From Blastocatellia bacterium (GTDB lineage Bacteria; Acidobacteriota; Blastocatellia; UBA7656), in NCBI GenBank assembly GCA_035709445.1, contig DASTET010001092.1, positions 1 through 11,930 on the forward strand: a stretch of DNA of 11,930 nt, read 5' to 3'. Of this stretch, positions 7,870-11,930 are shown one piece after another. The position numbers and the translations under genes are program-made. Position 1 is the first letter of the stretch. Each line of letters begins with the position of its first letter. The notes under the pieces were generated by a model. It was not told the origin of the DNA. It was given only the letters and a program-made list of their open reading frames with translations, and did no database searches.

Positions 7870-8469
7870 CTATGCCGGGTTATTCGGCTTGAACAAATAG
7901 ACGCCGTCGGCCTTATCTGTTTGAAAGAGGCTGACGATCACGCCATCGCCTGTGATCTCTTCGATCCTCACCAGCGAGTTATAGGGGATCTCGAAGCCTT
8001 CGCGCGAGCGGGCTATCTTTTCAACCATGCTCTCGCCCACCAGACAGCGAACCTGCCCAAAGCCGTTATTCGGGATCGCAACGGTCACCTGCGCGGTCAG
8101 CCCTACGAGGTCCGAAGAGGTGATAACGCTCGTCGCCTGCTGCGAGTAGAGCAGGCGGGCGAAGAAATAGACCGCCGCGCCGAGCGTCACGCCGCCCGCA
8201 AGCCCCAGAGCGGTGCTTGCGAAGACGCCCAGGCCCTGATAAATCCCGATGGCGCCGAACCCGCCAAAAGCGGTGATGAACACGCTGATGACCTTCGTGT
8301 TGAAAAAGCTCGGCCCGTCGTGGCCTATATCGTGGTCTATGTCATGATCGAACTCGAAATGCTCGAATATCTCGCCGAAGACAAGCGTCACGAGCAGGAA
8401 CAGGAACCCTATTGCCCCTATGGCAAGAAAGACCGAAGAGGCGCTGATCTGAGAAAGCCATTCCAACAT
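7870..8469 (-). CDS. Short NfeD-like membrane protein (YuaF type), with a His/Asp-rich insert
   Basis: 199 aa. GGAG RBS 10 nt upstream. Hydrophobic N-terminal half with 3-4 predicted TM segments. C-terminal OB-fold-like beta domain (GQVRCLVGESMVEKI...RIEEITGDGVIVSL). Lies 9 nt upstream of the flotillin gene, the classic NfeD-SPFH pairing. Insert EHFEFDHDIDHDIGHDG lies between TM1 and TM2. Confidence 0.8.
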   Translation of the reverse strand: MLEWLSQISASSVFLAIGAIGFLFLLVTLVFGEIFEHFEFDHDIDHDIGHDGPSFFNTKVISVFITAFGGFGAIGIYQGLGVFASTALGLAGGVTLGAAVYFFARLLYSQQATSVITSSDLVGLTAQVTVAIPNNGFGQVRCLVGESMVEKIARSREGFEIPYNSLVRIEEITGDGVIVSLFQTDKADGVYLFKPNNPA

Positions 8470-8591
8470 CTCATCCGCTCCTATCAGATGGTGCTATGGA
8501 TGCGGCCAGCAGACGATGGCGATGTTTGATCGTCCGCCGCTCGCCACGACGTTGCTCAGTGATAAGACCTGACCTGTAAAGAGGCGGCCAG

Positions 8592-8620
8592 ATTCTATCA
8601 CCGCCATCAACCGGAGAGAA
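8592..8620 (-). promoter_or_regulatory. Candidate sigma70 extended -10 promoter (minus strand TGaTAGAAT; weak -35 TTCTCT) for the NfeD-flotillin operon
   Basis: Minus-strand reading: ...ttctct-N17-tagaat, with TG two nt upstream of the -10. Lies immediately downstream of the anti-sigma stop and about 120 nt upstream of the NfeD start. Confidence 0.2.
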
Positions 8621-8622
8621 GG

Positions 8623-9540
8623 CTATTTCGAGGGGTCGGGCCGGGGTTTGAGGCTTTCGATGAAGTCGCGGTCTTTCGTCCCGGCGTGGCAGACTATGCA
8701 GGACTGCTGGCCGCGCTCTTCGAGGTCCGACACGAGCCCATAGGTCAGGCCGCGATCCGACCAGGTGATGACCTTTAGCCCCTCGATGGTTTCGTAATGA
8801 AAGGTGAGTCCCTTCGAGGCGATCTCTTCTCCGCCGCGCGGCGTGGCCACCCGGTCCGAGGTGACTACGAGCGTGATCGGACGGCCCTGCATCTGATAGG
8901 CGATATAAGCCGCATAATCATTCTTGAATCCGACCAGCCGCGCGCCTTCGATCTCGTAGAGCTTCTCCTGCCCGGATGTCTTCTGGTAATCCGGCAGCAC
9001 TAAACTGAACGAGACCTTTCCCGCAAACCAGCGCGACACCTCGTCGGGCGACCCGGAAGTGATCTCGAACGGGAGCTGGCCGCGCAGGTGGCGGAGGTGA
9101 GTATCGACGGCCATTATCGCAAACTCTGAGGTAAGCGAGGGCGGCGCGAGCGCAGGACGCCGCGCCGCGTACCAGAGCGCCGCTGCGATGATGAAGACGG
9201 CAACGGTGGCGAGCGCGAAGACCCGTCGGCCTTTCAGACTGAAGGGGGCGGCGGTCTTCCATAAAGACTTCTGCACGCGAGTCCGCAATTCGGGCGGAGC
9301 GGCATACACGGGCGGCGCATCGCTCAGCACACGCTCGGACTTCGCGCGAAGCTCGGGAGGCGCGGTATAAATCGGACGGGCCCGGCGTATGCTCTCGATG
9401 AACTGCCGCTCATCAGATACCATCTGCTCGCACGAACGGCATTCGGCCAGGTGCGCTTCGAATCGGGCGAGGTCCGAGCCGCTCAACTCGTCGTCGAGAT
9501 AGAAGGCTATCCGAGAGCGTATGTCGTCACAATAATTCAT
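8623..9540 (-). CDS. Transmembrane ZAS-type (zinc-finger HC2) anti-sigma factor with a periplasmic C-terminal domain ending in a CxxCH haem-c binding motif
   Basis: Start chosen at ATG 9540 (MNYCDD...). It forms an ATGA overlap with the stop codon of the upstream ECF sigma gene. ZAS signature C...H-x3-C-x2-C (FEAHLAECRSCEQ). Single TM helix (VFALATVAVFIIAAALWYAA). About 165-aa periplasmic domain. CIVCH is encoded at 8686-8700. The six-frame ORF extends to 9654, but the upstream extension is Arg/Gly-rich and lacks an RBS. Confidence 0.8.
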   Translation of the reverse strand: MNYCDDIRSRIAFYLDDELSGSDLARFEAHLAECRSCEQMVSDERQFIESIRRARPIYTAPPELRAKSERVLSDAPPVYAAPPELRTRVQKSLWKTAAPFSLKGRRVFALATVAVFIIAAALWYAARRPALAPPSLTSEFAIMAVDTHLRHLRGQLPFEITSGSPDEVSRWFAGKVSFSLVLPDYQKTSGQEKLYEIEGARLVGFKNDYAAYIAYQMQGRPITLVVTSDRVATPRGGEEIASKGLTFHYETIEGLKVITWSDRGLTYGLVSDLEERGQQSCIVCHAGTKDRDFIESLKPRPDPSK

Positions 9541-10109
9541 GCTTCTTTGGCCCGCATCGGTTTTCCCGCCGCTTCGGCCTGCCACTGACTGAGCAGCGAT
9601 CTCAGTTTTTCTCGCGCCCGTCCGAGCCGCGACATGACGGTCCCGGCGGGGCATCCCAGGATTCCGGAAATCTGCTGATAGCTGAAGCCTTCAAGGTCCC
9701 TGAGCACGATCACTTCGCGGTACAGCCGGGGAAGGCTTTCAATGGCGGCCCTTACCTCTTCGCGCTCTATCTTTCTAACAAAGACCGTATAAGGGTTGCT
9801 TGCAAGGCTGTCGAGCCATTCAGCGCGGCCCTCTTCTTCCTCATCCAGCTCGACAAATCGCGGGCCGCTACGCGCGTGGCGGAGCTGGTTGAGCCAGATA
9901 TTTCGGCAGATGGCAAACAGCCAGCCTTTCAGATTGCTGTCAGGCATGAGCTGACCGAAGGCCCTCACGGCCCGCAGATAGGTCTCCTGCACAAGGTCTT
10001 GAGCTTCGGCCTCATTGCGCGCAAGCGCCATGGCGTATCCGTACAGCGCATCGATATGCTCGATTGCCGCCTGGCGAAAGTCCACGCTGTCGCCTTTATT
10101 CTCGCTCAT
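9537..10109 (-). CDS. ECF (group IV) RNA polymerase sigma-70 factor
   Basis: Region 2 (DLVQETYLRAVRAF...WLFAICRNIWLNQLRH) and region 4 (REVIVLRDLEGFSYQQISGILGCPAGTVMSRLGRAR) are present. Start chosen at ATG 10109 (MSENKGD...), giving 190 aa, typical for ECF factors. The longer ORF to 10214 adds a hydrophobic non-homologous extension. The stop overlaps the anti-sigma start (ATGA). Confidence 0.85.
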   Translation of the reverse strand: MSENKGDSVDFRQAAIEHIDALYGYAMALARNEAEAQDLVQETYLRAVRAFGQLMPDSNLKGWLFAICRNIWLNQLRHARSGPRFVELDEEEEGRAEWLDSLASNPYTVFVRKIEREEVRAAIESLPRLYREVIVLRDLEGFSYQQISGILGCPAGTVMSRLGRAREKLRSLLSQWQAEAAGKPMRAKEA

Positions 10110-10206
10110 GATGAGCCCTGCGCCGTTGTAAAGGGCGCATAATAATAACACATGACCTCTTAAATTATTCCCTCCGCGCCCGAATAAATTCACCGGCGTG
10201 AGTGCC

Positions 10207-10233
10207 GTCACCATTCGAGGTGACTCGTGTCAC
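10207..10233. promoter_or_regulatory. Overlapping palindromes GTCACC-N6-GGTGAC and GTGAC-N4-GTCAC in the divergent sigma/CCP intergenic region. Candidate operator.
   Basis: gtcaccattcgaggtgactcgtgtcac read directly from the sequence. About 100 nt upstream of the ECF sigma start and about 145 nt upstream of the CCP start. Confidence 0.3.
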
Positions 10234-10263
10234 AGTCGCCGCGGACAAACCCGATTACAATGT

Positions 10264-10291
10264 TTGTCTGCGCCACCTGTATTTCTATGAC
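10264..10291 (+). promoter_or_regulatory. Weak candidate sigma70 promoter for the cytochrome c peroxidase gene (TTGTCT-N16-TATGAC)
   Basis: Hexamer matches 4/6 and 4/6 to consensus, 85 nt upstream of ATG 10376. Low information content; listed only as a candidate. Confidence 0.15.
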
Positions 10292-10375
10292 TTTTTCGGG
10301 CTGGTGATGGAATAAAAAAGCGATTCGCGTGTTATTACCTGGGAAGTCGAAGGTGGCCAACAGGGATCAATCATC

Positions 10376-11533
10376 ATGAAAAACAGACTACGCAATATAA
10401 AGCTGCTGCTGATTGCTGCGGCGACTGTTTTTGTCGTCATAAATCTTCTTCCCGTCACGGGGGTCGCCCAGAAAGAGAAATACAAGCCGGACCTGCCCCC
10501 GGCAATCCCGGCTGATCTATGGGAGATGCTCATCCCCGAAGACAATCCCATGACCGAAGCCAAGATCGCTTTAGGACGCGACCTCTATTTCGACAAGCGT
10601 CTTTCAGTAGATAACACCGTGAGCTGCGCGACCTGCCACGATCCGAAGACCGCTTTCGCAGAATCGAAGATCGTCGCCGAAGGGATAGGCGGCAAGAAGG
10701 GCGCGCGCAACTCTCCCACGGTCCTCAATGCGATGTTCAACGTCGAGCAGTTCTGGGATGGCCGCGCAAAAACGCTCGAAGAACAGGCCAAGGGGCCGCT
10801 CACGAACCCCTTAGAGATGGGCATGCCCTCGCACGACGCGGTCGTCGATCGGGTAAAACAGGCGCCCGACTATGTGAAGCGGTTCCAGGAGGTGTTCGGC
10901 GGCCCGGTCACCATCGACAACATTGCCAAGGCTATAGCCTCTTTCGAGCGCACGCAGCTTTCCGGCGATTCTCCGTTCGACCGTTTCAACGCTGGCGATA
11001 AGTCCGCCATAAGCGCCGAAGCCCAGCGCGGGTTCGAGATATTCAAGGGCAAGGGCCGCTGTATAACCTGTCACGAGTTCAACGCCTCTTCGCCTTTCTT
11101 CACTGACTTCAAGTACCACAATGTCGGCGTCGGAATGAAAGCGACGAAGAACTTCGAATCGCTCGCCCGGCAGGTCCAGCAGATGGCTCAGCAGCAGCAG
11201 CTCACCGCCGAATCTTTGGACCAGCTTTCGCTCAGCGAAGGGTTCTCCGAGCTTGGCAGGTTCCTCGTCACGCGCGAGCCGAAAGACGTAGGAGCATTCA
11301 AGACGCCTCCGCTACGCGACATAGAGCTGACCGCTCCTTATATGCACGACGGCAGCCAGAAGACGCTGCGCGAGGTCATAGACTTTTACAACAAAGGGGG
11401 CGAGCCGAACCCCAATCTCGACGGCGGGATTCGCAAGCTCGATCTCACAGACCAGGAGATAAGCGACCTGGAAGCGTTCCTGAAATCATTGACCAGTGAT
11501 CGCGTTCGCAAACTAGTGTCTGGCGAGTCGTAA
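10376..11533 (+). CDS. ccp: Di-haem cytochrome c peroxidase (CCP/MauG family), secreted
   Basis: Signal peptide MKNRLRNIKLLLIAAATVFVVINLL. Two CxxCH motifs (CATCHDP, CITCHEF). Family signature TAPYMHDGS. Conserved FWDGRA and PLTNPLEMG segments. A Gln-rich insert (QVQQMAQQQQLTAESLDQLS) lies between the haem domains. Confidence 0.9.
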   Translation: MKNRLRNIKLLLIAAATVFVVINLLPVTGVAQKEKYKPDLPPAIPADLWEMLIPEDNPMTEAKIALGRDLYFDKRLSVDNTVSCATCHDPKTAFAESKIVAEGIGGKKGARNSPTVLNAMFNVEQFWDGRAKTLEEQAKGPLTNPLEMGMPSHDAVVDRVKQAPDYVKRFQEVFGGPVTIDNIAKAIASFERTQLSGDSPFDRFNAGDKSAISAEAQRGFEIFKGKGRCITCHEFNASSPFFTDFKYHNVGVGMKATKNFESLARQVQQMAQQQQLTAESLDQLSLSEGFSELGRFLVTREPKDVGAFKTPPLRDIELTAPYMHDGSQKTLREVIDFYNKGGEPNPNLDGGIRKLDLTDQEISDLEAFLKSLTSDRVRKLVSGES

Positions 11534-11542
11534 ACAGTCCAG

Positions 11543-11666
11543 CGAGTCTGGCGAGTCGCGAGTCTGGCGAGTCGCTTTCGAGACAGACACCGCTTTAAAC
11601 AGGTGTTGCAAAGTAATCAGCGCCGCGAGGAGCGGGACTCGCTAGACTCGCGACTCGCCAGACTCG
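11543..11666. repeat. 124-nt inverted repeat with 31-nt arms built from tandem GCGAGTC(TG) units and a 62-nt loop. The unit series begins inside the 3' end of the CCP gene.
   Basis: Left arm 11543-11573 (cgagtctggcgagtcgcgagtctggcgagtc). Right arm 11636-11666 (gactcgctagactcgcgactcgccagactcg). This gives 31 bp with a single G.U. An additional copy of tctggcgagtcg at 11519-11530 encodes the CCP C-terminus ...SGES immediately before the TAA stop. No flanking T-tracts. Confidence 0.6.
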
Positions 11667-11691
11667 TTAGACTCATTATGGAGATGAACTT

Positions 11692-11930
11692 ATGTGGCCA
11701 TTAAAATGGAAAAAAAGAGAACAGCAGTATCAGGCCGAACGAGCCGAGTTCTTCGATGCGGTCAAACGGCTTGATAGGCGGTCGTTTCTGAAGGTGGCGG
11801 GCATGTCAGCGGCCGTGGCCGCTGCGCACACGACGTTTCCACCTCACTCGTTTCAGCTCGTAGATGTCGTTTCGGCCCAGACTATGGAGAAGCCGCACTT
11901 CAGGTTCGCCTATATCTCGGACTCGCACCT
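11692..11930 (+). CDS. Tat-secreted metallophosphoesterase (calcineurin-like), 5' partial (runs off the window end)
   Basis: GGAG lies 9 nt upstream of ATG 11692. Twin-arginine motif LDRRSFLKVAG with an Ala-rich h-region. The first metallophosphoesterase motif (FAYISDSHL, a D-x-H type) lies right at the window end. Confidence 0.6.
   Translation, partial: MWPLKWKKREQQYQAERAEFFDAVKRLDRRSFLKVAGMSAAVAAAHTTFPPHSFQLVDVVSAQTMEKPHFRFAYISDSH

Noticed and set aside
9541-9654. N-terminal extension of the anti-sigma ORF (start at 9654)
   Set aside because: The extension (MPRRDRHVAARTGARKTEIAAQSVAGRSGGKTDAGQRS) is Arg/Gly-rich, overlaps the sigma factor CDS, and lacks an RBS. The ATG at 9540 gives the classic ATGA translational coupling and a canonical ZAS N-terminus.
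10110-10214. N-terminal extension of the ECF sigma ORF (start at 10214)
   Set aside because: The extra 35 aa are hydrophobic and non-homologous to ECF region 1. The ATG at 10109 yields a typical 190-aa ECF factor. Residual uncertainty remains, as either start is possible.
1-11930. Search for mobile elements (transposase, integrase, IS inverted repeats) and tRNA/rRNA genes
   Set aside because: No ORF has transposase or integrase signatures and no tRNA-like cloverleaf was recognised. The inverted repeats found are short, lack associated ORFs, and have no obvious target-site duplications.

Overview
High-GC (~60%) chromosomal segment, gene-dense. By inference it resembles Acidobacteriota-type genomes (TonB-dependent receptor with a CarboxypepD_reg domain; many secreted redox/metal proteins). 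The plus strand carries, in order: a TonB-dependent receptor-like outer-membrane barrel (81-2921); a lipoprotein SCO1/SenC copper chaperone flanked on both sides by CusF-like Met-rich Cu(I) domains (3008-4132); a secreted PQQ-like beta-propeller protein (4401-5642); a di-haem cytochrome c peroxidase (10376-11533); and the 5' end of a Tat-secreted metallophosphoesterase (11692-end). The minus strand carries a compact array: an ECF sigma factor (10109-9537) translationally coupled by an ATGA overlap to a transmembrane ZAS-type anti-sigma factor (9540-8623) whose periplasmic C-terminus carries a CxxCH haem-c motif; then a short NfeD-like membrane protein with a His/Asp-rich insert (8469-7870); a FloT-like flotillin (7860-6262); and a small soluble 157-aa protein with a beta-carbonic-anhydrase-like C-x-D-x-R...H-x-x-C ligand pattern (6155-5682). 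The intergenic regions hold four unusual inverted repeats whose arms are tandem heptamer units. Two of them have 27-31 bp arms separated by loops of exactly 62 nt. No tRNA/rRNA, CRISPR array, transposase or integrase was recognised. The most interesting candidates are the haem-c-tagged membrane anti-sigma factor sitting divergent to the cytochrome c peroxidase, and the flotillin/NfeD operon ending in a small beta-CA-like protein.
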